From: Octopus bimaculoides
Taxonomy: Eukaryota
Assembly (NCBI RefSeq): GCF_001194135.2
Contig: NC_068988.1
Coordinates: 66,109,033-66,173,032 of the forward strand
DNA: 64,000 nt
Direction: 5' to 3'
Below are positions 13,290-26,940 of the stretch, one piece after another. A model generated the notes under the pieces. The model saw only the letters and a list, made by a program, of their open reading frames with translations. It made no database searches and was not told the DNA's origin. Made by a program: the position numbers and the translations under genes. Positions within the stretch are counted from its first letter, which is position 1. Each line of letters begins with the position of its first letter.

Positions 13290-13740
13290 AAATGACTCTA
13301 ATAACTGTGCCTGCATAATGCTTATTTCTAAACTACTTTAAAATAGCTTCATTGAGCAGGAATCTTGTCAAAATCAGTGAGTCTATGACCAGCCCGTCGG
13401 TTTGTGTATCTTGAGCAGGTTTATCAATTTTCAGATTCAGTGAGGATTAGAATAGATTATTCTGCGCCACTCTACGCTCTAAATTCATATACTAATCAGT
13501 CGACTTTCCTTTGCAACCTTTCGCATTTCATATAATACCCTGTACCTTTTCTTAAACTTTCCTCCCTTTCTTCCCCCTCTCTCTTTTTGCTTCTAACTGC
13601 CTCTCTGTTATACTGTCTGTTTTCCTGATGAAACTGCTTTGGTAAGACTAGGAGGTAATTCGCTCTACTATGTCTGAAAGTGCGCAAGACATGTCATATA
13701 CCATGAAGTTAGAAAAGTAAATAAAGTTGGAAAGAGCACA
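13290..13740 (+). mobile_element. Possible decayed Penelope 3' end (GIY-YIG tail plus terminal region)
   Basis: Frameshifted SVCV/LEQVYQFSDSVRIR resembles the end of the Penelope endonuclease. It is followed by a pyrimidine-rich tract, CTGATGA (~13625), a hairpin, GAAA and AATAAA. Confidence 0.35.
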
Positions 13741-14209
13741 GGGGTATATTTTTGAGAATGGTTTTGATTCTTTTGTTACAGTGAGAGATTTAAAATATAA
13801 CCCGTTTCTATGTATCCATCTGATCAAATATTAGAAAGAATTCTTTTGCAAGGCATATCAAATACAACGTTGCCTGCTGGGTTCCATTCAATTGCTTTGT
13901 TTGAAGACGGTAGGATGTGATTTGAGGAAATATACCTGGAAAGCGACCGTGGAGAGGATCTTACTCTGATTCGTGAACTGTGAAAATATCTTAGCATGTT
14001 AAGTGGTGGAAAGCTATGGCTTTATTTTCAAACCAAATTTGTTCTCTACAATGTTTTCGATAGTTATCGATTTTCATAAGAAAAATTGAATTCCTGTGGT
14101 AAGAGATACTAATACGATTAACTTCCAAGAAAATTCTACTCAGCAGAAAATTTTAATACAATATTAAAACTAGTATCCAAACAGTAGATAAACACGCGAG
14201 AGACTTTGG

Positions 14210-14425
14210 ATTAAAAGAGAAAAAGAGAACGGGAGAGGCGGTGAGAGAAAAAGAGGGAAAGAAGGTGAAAGAGGGCGGGAGAAAAGGTAGGGGAGAGAGG
14301 GAGGGAAGGTGGGAGTTAGATGAACAGAAGGTGGAAAGAGGGAAAGAAGATGAGAAAGAGAGGGAGAGAAGGTGGGACAGAAGGTGGGGAAAAAGGTGAG
14401 AAAGAGGGGGAGAGAAAGTGGAGTG
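14210..14425. repeat. Polypurine (GA-rich) low-complexity tract
   Basis: About 200 nt almost entirely G/A on the + strand. Confidence 0.85.
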
Positions 14426-14787
14426 TGTATGTGTGTTAATATTCTTTCATTCTTTACTTGTACAGTTAGTCGATCGCAGTCATACTGGAGTTTCACACTA
14501 GTATTTATATCAGGATAATGCCAATTTATTGATTCGTAGATATTGGATAACTAGATAACACATTTGACATAGAGGGACCCAATACAGAACATAAGTTTAC
14601 TATAGTAAACATCAACAGAGACACAGGCATTTAAACATGCACACTCACACACACACATACACACACACACGCACGCACAGAGGCACGCACAAACACGCGC
14701 ACCCAGATACAGGGCTTTTAAGCCCAACGTTTATTATAGCATTATTTGCTCTGAGGTCCAACATTGTAGAAAAGAATTTCTTATGGC

Positions 14788-14828
<41 letters not shown>

Positions 14829-15162
14829 GTGTGTGCACACCCACTCATATATATACAAACATTTATATATAAAATCCTTATATATGTATGCGTATGATGG
14901 AATTCGATTCGACTTACACCCCAACTGTATTCCACTTACAACATATTCATAAATACAAAGCTACATTACGATTCTTCAAATATGACGTAGTTTGACCGAA
15001 CAGAGGTCGTTTGCTTGTATATCATAATTAATATGTTTAGTTTTTGGAAACAACCTAACGTGTTCAGCCGGACGCTATTCAAAATTATCACTGTATGAGT
15101 CACCATTCCAAGTCAAATATGTGTGCATATATCTATGAATATGCGAGTGCATGTGTCTATAT

Positions 15163-15234
<72 letters not shown>

Positions 15235-15734
15235 CCTGGTTGGTGCATAAGTGACTCAACGTAAGTGATTTACTATACCTCTAGCTGAAGAAAGTGTAGT
15301 GTGAGATTGTCATTTGGTGCGCGTGCAATTCAATAGCTTCATTAGTTAAACATCAATGATTATAGTTCTAGGTGTCCTTTCTACACACATACTCACGCGC
15401 GCGCGCGGTTAATTATGACTTTTCCCGTTCATGCATAAATGTATGTGAGTGTCTTTAAAATTCTGAGGAATTATGACTTATGTTTATCTAGGGAAAAGAT
15501 TAACAAAACGACTGAATATATTAATATTGGAACATTGAATATATACTTGAATAATCCTTATAGACTCTGCTGCATGCTGTGATGAATAAGTGTGTGTGTG
15601 TCTGTCTATTTACGTATGACCAGGGTATATATATTTACGCACATATACAGTATATGTATACATGTGTATACCTATATCTATAAGTATACAGACACCACAT
15701 ACGCATATATATATACATATACATACACATATAC

Positions 15735-15804
<70 letters not shown>

Positions 15805-15989
15805 CGATATCTATATGTGCATGTATGTGCGTATGTACGAGGGTATATATATTTACACACACATATGTATATATGTATATCTATATCTATAAATATAAAA
15901 GCACCATACATAAGCGCGTATATATATATGTATATATGCACCTATCTATATCTATATGTGTGTGCATGCGTGCATGTGTTTGTGTTTGT

Positions 15990-16036
<47 letters not shown>

Positions 16037-16967
16037 GTGTAGTATTCGAACAAGAATTAGTGAAGATGAAATATAGGCGTGTAAATTTGCTCGGAACCCG
16101 CTCGTGTATATTACAATACGAAAGGCAAATACTGAGGAAAAATTTTCTATTCATATATTTTGTTTGTAAATCCCTGACGATCCTTGTGTCATGTTTGTCC
16201 CCTATATGTTAGCCCGCATGGGTAATAAAAAAAGCAGATTCTTATGTCATGTGATATCCGCGGGATTACCAGATACGGTGTTTCGGCGTGATTGTTCCTC
16301 TCCAGTGTTATTGACCTCTCGATCATCAAGCGCTAAGCCTGAACTACTTAAAATACACTCACAATATATTTGCCCGTGTGTGCTGAGGCTTTTACCCTGG
16401 AATTAATTGAGCACAATCTCATGAGTAATCGTGTGTCACTATAAAGATATGTAAATTTATTTTATCACACTCCTACGCACTAAAATCTGAAAAGCATCCG
16501 CTGCAGATTTTTTTCACTCAGTACAGAAAATAGTTTTATCCTTAGACTTCATGTGTTCTACCTATAAGGACAGAATTTTCGGGTTTTCTCCAGATAAGAG
16601 TATGTGACACAGGAGACCTGTTTATTTCAAAATAGCAAGTCTGATAGTCTTCTGATGCTGCTCAGAACACATTTCCATGTGTAATTGACATATGAAATCT
16701 ACAGACATAAAATGTTTCTACGATCAATGGAAAACATCTCACAGTGAATGTTTTTCAAGATACACCTAAATTATGAAGCACTATTGTATGAATCATTACA
16801 CANNNNNNNNNNNNNNNNNNNNNNNNNNNNNNNNNNNNNNNNNNNNNNNNNNNNNNNNNNNNNNNNNNNNNNNNNNNNNNNNNNNNNNNNNNNNNNNNNN
16901 NNNNNNNNNNNNNNNNNNNNNNNNNNNNNNNNNNNNNNNNNNNNNNNNNNNNNNNNNNNNNNNNNNN

Positions 16968-16999
<32 letters not shown>

Positions 17000-18165
17000 G
17001 GGAATATAAATTTGATTATATGCGAACAGTTCAAAAATGAATAGAAAGACAACTTAATACGCTGAAGTAGATTTAGCAGGGTGAAGTCTAGATCTTCGAA
17101 ATTTAGGCGGCCTCTACGAAGCCGTACTGTCAGCACGTGCATGTGTGTGTGTATGTGTGTGTGTGTGTGTAGCAGCAGCAGCAGCAGTAGTAGTAGTATA
17201 TCTATTGCCGCTTTATATTAACTATACTGCATATGCTACTGATATTTCTAGCCTCTTTCTGACGTCGGCCTGAGACTCAATATTTTAATTGAATAAATAT
17301 TAGATTTGATGTGAACGACTATAATACCTGTAGCCTCTCCTTACGTACCTGTTATTAATATGAAAATAGTAGTGTTGTCTGCAAGAATTTACTGTGAGTA
17401 GAGGCACAGGAAATGGAACCTACTGCAGCGAACTTGAATTTGAGAGATTTACCAGCAAGCCTGCCATTACAGGGTCACCCGACCTCTAGACAAAGTAGTT
17501 AGCGCGTCTTCAAATTATTTCGTACTGTCCTAAATATTGGAAGCACATAAAAGATAATGTAATCTATAAAACAGGAAATGCGGGAAGGGTATGGCTGGAA
17601 TACTGCAGATAACAAGGCGTTAATTACAACTATTATTGCTATTATTATTTTTATTATAAACGGGTACATACGTACAAGCACACACACTTAGTCTTCATCA
17701 CGCAGGCACGGATGCACGCACGAACACACATATATAAAGGCTGTCAAATCACTAAATCCGCAAGAGAAAGAATTGCTGACAAAATATTTTTCTGTGTGCT
17801 ATTTGATCTTGTGTATGATGCATCGATTTATGAACTACACTTGTCAAATAATAACGTGTCTTGTCTTCTTTTAATAATGAATAGTTGTTTTTAAGAAATC
17901 AAGTAAATATCGTTCACTCACGAAGATGTGTATATATATGTATACACACACACAACACACACACACACACACACCCATACACACATAAATATATATAGAT
18001 ATAAATATATACATATCCTAGCTATTTTTTATCGTTTATCTTTTATTAATCGTTTCTGTCATTAGACTGCGGCCATGCTGGGGCAGCGCCTTGAAACTTT
18101 TTAGAGGAATGAATCGACCACTGAGCTAAAATTTTTATATAAGCTTGGTACTTATATATATATAC

Positions 18166-18242
<77 letters not shown>

Positions 18243-18529
18243 CGTGTGTTTGTTGTGCATGTTTAAGCGCGTGTGTGTTTGGGCGCTGGGGCTTACATGG
18301 TTCAATCTAATAAACCATCTACTCACTGAAATAGCCTATAGGTAACTGGCTATTGCTCGGTTGCGTTGTAACCCTAACATACGTCTCATACTGACATCAG
18401 TGTGTAACAAGAGCAATTTCATTCACAGGTTTTACGTTGACATCGCGCTCTCGGAATAGACACGTGGTGGGATCGAACAAGACATTTCATTATTGAATAG
18501 CGAACACTTTAAGCATTCTACCTATCTAT

Positions 18530-18711
18530 CTGTGCATACCTGTCGATGCTGTGTATGTCATAATGTCTGCAAATTTAACAGAGGCCTCAAAAGACATTTT
18601 AAGACCCACACAGATCAAAACTTAACTGTAGTTCTTGGTGGTCCAAAATTGATATGCAATTTATGTGGGTTTGAAAACATTGGTTTAAAAAATCCACATC
18701 AGACACCATGA
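18530..18711 (+). mobile_element. Two C2H2-like zinc-finger motifs, probably a retroelement relic (RTE C-terminus-like)
   Basis: C-CV-C-HNVCKFNRGLKR-H-FKT-H is an exact C-x2-C-x12-H-x3-H. A second, decayed finger reads CNLCGFENIGLKNPH. There are no TGEKP linkers or obvious splice sites. Confidence 0.45.
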
Positions 18712-19319
18712 TAGATCTATGGCTTAAGTACAGAGGGTGGTCAAACTCTTAATAAGTACAACCACTATATATATATANNNNNNNNNNNNNNNNNNNNNNN
18801 NNNNNNNNNNNNNNNNNNNNNNNNNNNNNNNNNNNNNNNNNNNNNNNNNNNNNNNNNNNNNNNNNNNNNNNNNNNNNNNNNNNNNNNNNNNNNNNNNNNN
18901 NNNNNNNNNNNNNNNNNNNNNNNNNNNNNNNNNNNNNNNNNNNNNNNNNNNNNNNNNNNNNNNNNNNNNNNNNNNNNNNNNNNNNNNNNNNNNNNNNNNN
19001 NNNNNNNNNNNNNNNNNNNNNNNNNNNNNNNNNNNNNNNNNNNNNNNNNNNNNNNNNNNNNNNNNNNNNNNNNNNNNNNNNNNNNNNNNNNNNNNNNNNN
19101 NNNNNNNNNNNNNNNNNNNNNNNNNNNNNNNNNNNNNNNNNNNNNNNNNNNNNNNNNNNNNNNNNNNNNNNNNNNNNNNNNNNNNNNNNNNNNNNNNNNN
19201 NNNNNNNNNNNNNNNNNNNNNNNNNNNNNNNNNNNNNNNNNNNNNNNNNNNNNNNNNNNNNNNNNNNNNNNTATATATAAGCATATATCAATCTAAAAAA
19301 GAAAATGACTTATGTGTGA

Positions 19320-19360
<41 letters not shown>

Positions 19361-20933
19361 TGTGTGTATGTTCATATAAATGATTTTTTCATGTTATTTG
19401 TTTATTTCTTCACTTTGCTTTATTATATTCATTGTTGAAACTTTATAGGAACATAAATTAACAAACATTAAATAGACAAATCAATGAAGGGAACTATATA
19501 TTCACGTTATGAAAAAATCTCATATTATTTCTTTGATTTATATTCCAGACATTTAGGACCCCATTTGGAGCTTCATACGATTTTCAAGCTAATTTTTTAC
19601 TAAATCTATTTTTTATCGTTGAAGTCATAAAACAGACCCAATTCTAGACACATAAAGTTCGGCGTGTATCTTTAAGTTAATCATATAAATTGTTTCGCTT
19701 GTTGTATTTCTTCCTCTTATAAATTAGTTTTGTTTATTTTGTGAACTGCAATTCAATACACTTGTTTTTTAGTTTTCCTCTTGTAGACGTATGCTAAATG
19801 TAGTTCCAATAAAATGGCTACAATGAACATCTCAATTTCTGGACTTGTTATGTTTATCATTATCTCTGTGTTTTTCATGAATTTCAAGCATCACGTACGA
19901 AGCATCGATTTTTTTACACTAAATCTTCAAACATGAGAAGAAAAAAAAAATGGAAGACAATGTGATCTTAAATTTCTGTTTTCTTGGTGTCCATTATCAG
20001 GCAGTTGTGAGAAAGTAACTTCAAGTTATCCTAAAGCACACAGTAAACATTTAGAAAAGTATAACAGCAGCTTTGAATTGTATTTTCAATGTATATTTTA
20101 ATACTGATGCAATACACAGTATCAATTGAATGAGTTGTCAGAGTGACTTGTAGCGAAAAGCGAAAGTTGATAGAGAAACTATTATTTCTTTCATTCCTCT
20201 TTCATTCTTCGAGTTTGAATGGATCAGACAGATGGAACTGATCCTTAAACAATTTATCGGAAGAGAGCGTCATCTTGGGAGGGAAAGTATAAGTTGATTG
20301 GATTTATATTCCTTTAAATGAGTGAACATTAACAAGTTTCGATTGCCAGACTAAGAACTAATCTATACTACACAATTAAGAGGATCACCAACAACTGATA
20401 TATCTTATTTTTAGATAACAGTTTTCTTATAAGTTTGCCAGAACAGAGGAGGGTAAAGCTTCGTTAGACTCTATGCACAGTTATGATATTCAGAGCGATT
20501 ATCTATCATGCTAATAAAACAGGTGTAAAAACAAGCAGAGAAGAGTACTATTCTTACAATGAAGTATTAATTTCATTACATATTCTATCAAGAGGACTTT
20601 TGGCATCTTTCCTTTAAAATGGCAGCTGAACATTTCTCATAAATGTCAAAATGCTGTCTCAAACTATATTATTTATGAACTCATAAACTAGAATATCCAA
20701 ACGCCTAATTTCATTGTACTATGGAGGAAATTTCATTGTATAAAATAAAGTTCATCCTGTTTTTAAAATTCTTATAATTGTATTTATTAATAATAGCCAT
20801 TTTATTCTTCCATGTTGGTAAAAATTTCTGGAGTATTATCAAAATTCTTATTTTATTTTTAGCTTATGGTTTCAAAAATAAAATTCATTGCAATTCCTGG
20901 AAAATGTTGTTTCATATTTTCTATCGATCTTGA

Positions 20934-21043
<110 letters not shown>

Positions 21044-21044
21044 A

Positions 21045-21244
21045 GGCGACGAGCTGGCAGAATCGTTCGCAACGCCGGGCAAAATGTTCAGCAGCATTTC
21101 GTCTGTCTTTACGTTCTGAGTTCAAATTCTACTGCGGTCGATTTTAGGAGTCGATAAAGTAAGTACCAGTAGAGCACTGAGGTCGATGTTATCGTCTTAT
21201 TGCCCCACTCACGAACTCGCTGGCCTTGTGCCAACATTTGAGAC
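21045..21244 (+). mobile_element. SINE family A, near full-length copy
   Basis: ggcgacgagctggcagaatcgtt..gggcaaaatg..ttacgttctgagttcaaattc (B-box-like)..gtcgataaagtaagtaccag..ggccttgtgccaacatttga. About 16 related copies or fragments occur in the window. Confidence 0.85.
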
Positions 21245-21372
21245 TCTTCTTCTTCTTCTTCTTCTTCTTCTTCTTCTTCTTCTTCTTCTTCTTCTTCTTC
21301 TTCTTCTTCTTCTTCTTCTTCTTCTTCTTCTTCTTCTTCTTCTTCTTCTTCTTCTTCTTCTTCTTCTTCTTT
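21245..21372. repeat. (TTC)n microsatellite abutting the SINE 3' end
   Basis: Direct reading. Confidence 0.95.
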
Positions 21373-21374
21373 CA

Positions 21375-22445
21375 TATGTGTATTATAACATCAGTTATAA
21401 TACACATATGTTTCATCTTGCCCACCGTCATTAGGTCCGGCTTGTTGTTCTCAAGCTCCTGGTTTCATATGGAATGGAAAATCCCACAGGATTTCACAGG
21501 TCTCCGACTCAGTTACCCTCTGTAGTGTGTTTTCGTACATCTGGTCTCTTTCTAACCCTATCTTTTTCATACAGTTTCCAATTCAGCGCCTTAGCTACCA
21601 CATCATGTTGCCACAATTTAAATTACTTCTGAACAGTTCGAGGGTATTCTTTCACAATACAGGCAAAATTTTCGTCAAATTCTATACAATGAAAAGGCCT
21701 GCTCATTTCTAAGGTTGATTCTAATTTGTGGAGAAATGTTGGTCTTGTACTCCAAGTATAGTGTTCTCAGCCTCTTTTCTTTATTCCCTTCTTTAACCAG
21801 TTCCACCTGTGGTCTCCAGCACCTTCAGTTGGAGCTAGAAAGAATTGGTTGTATGCACCCTAGCTGAGTAATGATTCTTCGTGTTTTGTTCATTTTCTTT
21901 TTGCCAGTTTTCAATTTGCTCTCATCTCTCACTGCTTCAACCAAGGTTTCTTCAGTTTAGGTTAGCTATCTCAGCAAGTTCCCATGTTCAACGCGCATGC
22001 AGCCTTCCATTTTCATCAGTCCCCTTTGTTCATTTGCGCTCTCCAAATGCAGACCATCAGTGTCTCCAGGTAGATTATGTGCTCCTTGCATAGTTAGTAG
22101 CTCTCTTGTCTTCTTGCCCAACTCCTTTAGCTCATCCTCTGACCACTTCGGAATGCCAGTTCCATACCGAACCATTGTATCTACACGAGTCTATTGATAA
22201 AATTATATTTTTGTTTTCAGCTTTGAATCTAACATTTTTCTCTGGCTTTCATATCATACTACCATACTTAATTCTGTCTGCATCAAGTATTCCCAGGTAT
22301 CTATATCAAGATTCAGGTTCAATTGCCTCCATCAGTTTACCACTTGGCATACATATACTTTCTGTTCTGCCAGACTTTCCCCGTCTCAACACCATCACAG
22401 CACATTTTGTAAGTCCAAACTCCATTTTGATATTAACTTAGAAAA
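21375..22445 (-). mobile_element. Decayed RLE-clade non-LTR retrotransposon (R4/Dong/NeSL-like): RT C-terminus to start of RLE
   Basis: Minus strand reads MEFGLTKCAV, YRYLGI, VRYGTGIPKWSEDELKELGKKTRELLT..RGLMKMEG, WNWLKKG..QDQ, HDVVAKALNWKL, ILWDF and NNKPDL..CIITDV, in the expected order with stops and frameshifts. Confidence 0.85.
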
Positions 22446-22504
22446 TCTGCATAGAATGGATTAGATCATCAAATCCTGTCAAAACACCGCTCCTCCTCCT
22501 CCTG

Positions 22505-22566
22505 GTCGTCGTCGTCGTCGTCGTCATCATCATCATCATCATCATCATCATCAGCATCATCATCAT
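22505..22566. repeat. (GTC)n(ATC)n microsatellite
   Basis: Direct reading. Confidence 0.9.
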
Positions 22567-22765
22567 TATGGCTATCATTTGTTTTTAACAAAATGTCAGT
22601 GAAACTTGTGACATACGTGAAGCTAAATGAGCGTACACGTGAAGCTAAATTAACTCGTCGGAAAAAGTGCTTTGTGTTATTTCGGCTATTTACGTTCTGA
22701 TGTGAAATCCCACCGAGGTCAACACTATCCAGTGTAGATGAATACAGTCCCCAGTCTAGGCACTG

Positions 22766-22804
<39 letters not shown>

Positions 22805-22934
22805 GTGTGCATCTAGTACGTGTGCCTGTGTGTGTGAGCGCATGTGTGTGTAATGTATACATGTATAACATTGATATGGATATATCTATATGAATGATAT
22901 ATGTTTATATACATGTGTGAGAGTGAGTGTGTAG

Positions 22935-23070
22935 GTGCGTGACTTAGTGATCAGGGTGTTCCACTCATGATTGTAAGATTATAATTTCGTATACTGGATC
23001 GGGAAACGGGTTGTGTTGCTGAGCCACTTCACGTAGGTCCACTACACTCAGTTGGCAAAAATGAGTTCAA
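22935..23070 (+). mobile_element. Degenerate tRNA-headed SINE fragment (further family)
   Basis: gtgacttagtgatcagggtgttccactcatgattgtaag..gttgtgttg..cactcagttggcaaaaatgagt has a tRNA-like head layout. Confidence 0.4.
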
Positions 23071-24780
23071 GCGGGTTGGCGTCAGAATATATACGACAGA
23101 GAATCCCGCAAACCGGTGTCATGAGCCTACAACTCGGGAGAGACTTTCGTTTTACTTTGACTTCATTAGCTTACAGCTGTTTCGCACCCATAGTTTAGTA
23201 CCTAAATTACACCTTATTGCTCCATCAAAGCTTTGAATATGCTAATGAAGCTAATAAAGTCCATAAGATAATCATTCTTTGTCAGCTCTGTTTCTTATTA
23301 CCGATTCTTAGTCGGCCAACATTTCGTTCTGAAACTTAAGTATATTAAGTTCTACACCTGGTTATTACTCTCGAAATGCCAAAGCGAAATATATATATAT
23401 GTATATANNNNNNNNNNNNNNNNNNNNNNNNNNNNNNNNNNNNNNNNNNNNNNNNNNNNNNNNNNNNNNNNNNNNNNNNNNNNNNNNNNNNNNNNNNNNN
23501 NNNNNNNNNNNNNNNNNNNNNNNNNNNNNNNNNNNNNNNNNNNNNNNNNNNNNNNNNNNNNNNNNNNNNNNNNNNNNNNNNNNNNNNNNNNNNNNNNNNN
23601 NNNNNNNNNNNNNNNNNNNNNNNNNNNNNNNNNNNNNNNNNNNNNNNNNNNNNNNNNNNNNNNNNNNNNNNNNNNNNNNNNNNNNNNNNNNNNNNNNNNN
23701 NNNNNNNNNNNNNNNNNNNNNNNNNNNNNNNNNNNNNNNNNNNNNNNNNNNNNNNNNNNNNNNNNNNNNNNNNNNNNNNNNNNNNNNNNNNNNNNNNNNN
23801 NNNNNNNNNNNNNNNNNNNNNNNNNNNNNNNNNNNNNNNNNNNNNNNNNNNNNNNNNNNNNNNNNNNNNNAAATGGAAGATAACACGGTTGCTATAGAAA
23901 AATGAAAGGGAGAGAGGTATGAAAGGAGAGAAGCCTAGTTGGATAGAGAGAAAAAATAAGTGGGGTAGAGAAAGTAATTCGTTGAAGTACGACATGTAGT
24001 AAGCGTAGTATGAGAAGCACTTTGGTGTCCGGTTGATTCTCTCATGTAAGCAGCAAGAAAATTCGTTGTTGATTTTTGTTTTATCTTCCAAATTATTTGA
24101 TATTTATATCTTAGTATATTAATTATGTTTTTCTTATTTAGAAAAAAATTACGGATATTATGATCAATCATGTTTTACTTAGAATAACTCATTTGTGTTG
24201 CTTCATTGTAAAAAATACCTGCTAGAAAACGTGAAAAGTTATAACATTTTTTCAATCGAGTGTAACTATCACATTTCAGATTTTTACGAGTCACAAGTTT
24301 TAGAACTTGTGATTATGTAAGTTTTATAAAGCTAACTACAATAATAAATTATGATAATGTGATATGGTAATGTTATATTTGAATGATTTTTTTTACAAGG
24401 TTAATGCATGATATCATTCCGTATATAATGCTATATCTGATTTTATAGAGCAGTGCCAAATCCGTCTTTCATGTTGGAATTATTGGCGCAATAAATAATA
24501 ATACTATATGCAGATACGATCAAGTCATGTATAATTTGACAAAAATACACACTGCAAGTTTCTTAGCACAGTTTTACTAATGAGAACATATAAACTGACG
24601 CAGATAAAATCACTTAGTATGGCTTGATACAAACGGAATTATTTAATGGTTTCAATCAGTATTGATACATACTCATCAGTGTAGACACAGTACTATCTAC
24701 TTTTGGTTTCACTTCTCATTCTTTGACAATAATGAAAAAGATAACACCCGTAATATAACATAGCTATGTGCCTGCTTACA

Positions 24781-25871
24781 TACGGCCTGGATATGAAATA
24801 GTGCCATGGGCAGTTACACGTGTATGACGGGAAATCAAATATATATTGCAGTCCGCTTCACAAAAGCATGGCTCTAGATTCGATACACTGAACTGCAAAC
24901 AACCTTCGTATATCGTATTCAAGTCTAAAGTCGAAGCGACTCAAAACATACACTCAGTTTATGGGAAAGAATGCTTGAATGAAAGAACTTGCAGAAGATG
25001 GTTTGCAAAATTCAGAAGTGGAAATTTTAGCCTTGAAGATGAAGCTCGAACAAGACGTCCAGTTGAGTTTGATGAAAAGCTCCTTGACGCATTACCTGAA
25101 GAAAATCCTGCATTATCAGTTGCAGAATTGGCAATAAAGCTTAGTCCAAACCATACAACTGTTCATCGTCATCTTCAACAACTTGGAAAGATTCCTAAAC
25201 TAGGAAAATGGGTGCTTCATGAATTGTCCGAAAGCAACCGAAAATCTCGAGGTGACATCGGCTCTTCTCTCCATTCTCGCGAACTCATTTCACCCTTTTT
25301 GGATAGACTTGTGACTGGTGATAAAAAATGGACCTTCTATCGAAATATTAAACGCCGTAAACAGTGGCTTGGTAAAAGGGAAAAAGCTCAACCACAACAG
25401 AGAAGAGAAATTCACGGAAAAAAGTTTCTTCTCTCTATCTGGTGGCATTGCAAAGGAGTAATTCATGTTTAATTGTTACCACGTAATGCAACAATCAATG
25501 CTGAAGTCTACTGTCAGCAATTAGAGTGTTTGAACCAAGTTTTGAAGAAAAAAAGATCGGCTTTAGTAAATCGAAAAGGAGTGATGTTTCATCAGGACAA
25601 TGCACGACCCCACACACCAAAGATCACATCACAGAAAATTGAAGAGCTTGGTTGAGAAAAAATTCCTCATCTACCTTAATCTCCCGACCTTGCTCCTTCA
25701 GATTACCATTTGTTTCGTAGTTTACAGAATCATGTGGTGGGGGTCATAACTTTGGCAAGCCAGGGGGAGGTCGAAACTGACATTTCAGAATTCTACGCTT
25801 TGAAGCCAAAATAGTTTTACATTGATGGGATTAAAAAGCTTGTAAATAGATGGAAGGATGTCATAGATAAT
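24781..25871 (+). mobile_element. Mariner (DD34D) transposon, near full-length transposase pseudogene; right end lost in gap
   Basis: HTH region RTCRRWFAKFRSGNFSLEDEAR, then GKWVLHEL, LVTGDKKW, HQDNARPH and SPDLAPSDYHLFRSLQN. In-frame stops at ~25470, ~25653 and ~25678. Confidence 0.95.
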
Positions 25872-26059
25872 NNNNNNNNNNNNNNNNNNNNNNNNNNNNN
25901 NNNNNNNNNNNNNGTATGTATGTATGTATGTAAATATATATATATATGTGTATATGTGTGTGTGTGTGTGTGTGTGCGTGCGCGTGTGTGTCTTTATGTG
26001 TCTCAAACATTCCTTTCTCGTAGTGTAATCATATTAATTAGTTCAGTACAGAATTTTAT

Positions 26060-26440
26060 AATATCTTGGGCATGTGTCTTCTACTATATCCTCGGGCCGA
26101 CCAAAGCCTTGTGAGTGGATTTGGTAGCCGGAAACTTAAAGAATCCCGTCGTATATATATGTGTGTGTGTGGGTGTGGGTGTGTGTGTGTGCGTGAGCGT
26201 GTGCGTGCGTGCAGGTCTGTGTGTGTGTGCGTGTGCGTTTGTGTGTCTGTGTTTGTGTCCCCAACATTGCTTGACAACCGATGCTTGTGTGTTTAAGTCC
26301 CCGTAACATAGCGGTTCGGCAAAAGAGATCGATAAAATAAGTACTAGGCTTCTAAAAATTAAGTCCTGGGGTTGATTTACTCGCTTAAACGCGGTACTGC
26401 AGCATGGTGACAGTCAAATAACTGAAACAAGTAAAAAAGA
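26060..26440 (+). mobile_element. SINE family B copy with internal (TG)n microsatellite and complete tail
   Basis: gggccgaccaaagccttgtgagtggatttggtagccggaaact..(TG)n..cttgacaaccgatgc..tagcggttcggcaaaagag..cagcatggtgacagtcaaataactgaaacaagtaaaaa. Tail fragments also occur at 11570-11690, 45890-46020 and, inverted, 18060-18150 and 35570-35770. Confidence 0.8.
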
Positions 26441-26820
26441 GTTTATATATANNNNNNNNNNNNNNNNNNNNNNNNNNNNNNNNNNNNNNNNNNNNNNNNN
26501 NNNNNNNNNNNNNNNNNNNNNNNNNNNNNNNNNNNNNNNNNNNNNNNNNNNNNNNNNNNNNNNNNNNNNNNNNNNNNNNNNNNNNNNNNNNNNNNNNNNN
26601 NNNNNNNNNNNNNNNNNNNNNNNNNNNNNNNNNNNNNNNNNNNNNNNNNNNNNNNNNNNNNNNNNNNNNNNNNNNNNNNNNNNNNNNNNNNNNNNNNNNN
26701 NNNNNNNNNNNNNNNNNNNNNNNNNNNNNNNNNNNNNNNNNNNNNNNNNNNNNNNNNNNNNNNNNNNNNNNNATGTGTGTGTGTGTATGTATATATATAT
26801 GTATGTATGTGTGTATGTGG

Positions 26821-26853
<33 letters not shown>

Positions 26854-26940
26854 CATAATGTATAATATGTGCATACATGTATATCTGCGTATATATGTAT
26901 AGAGATAAATAACACTGGAACGTGATTAATAACAGAATTG

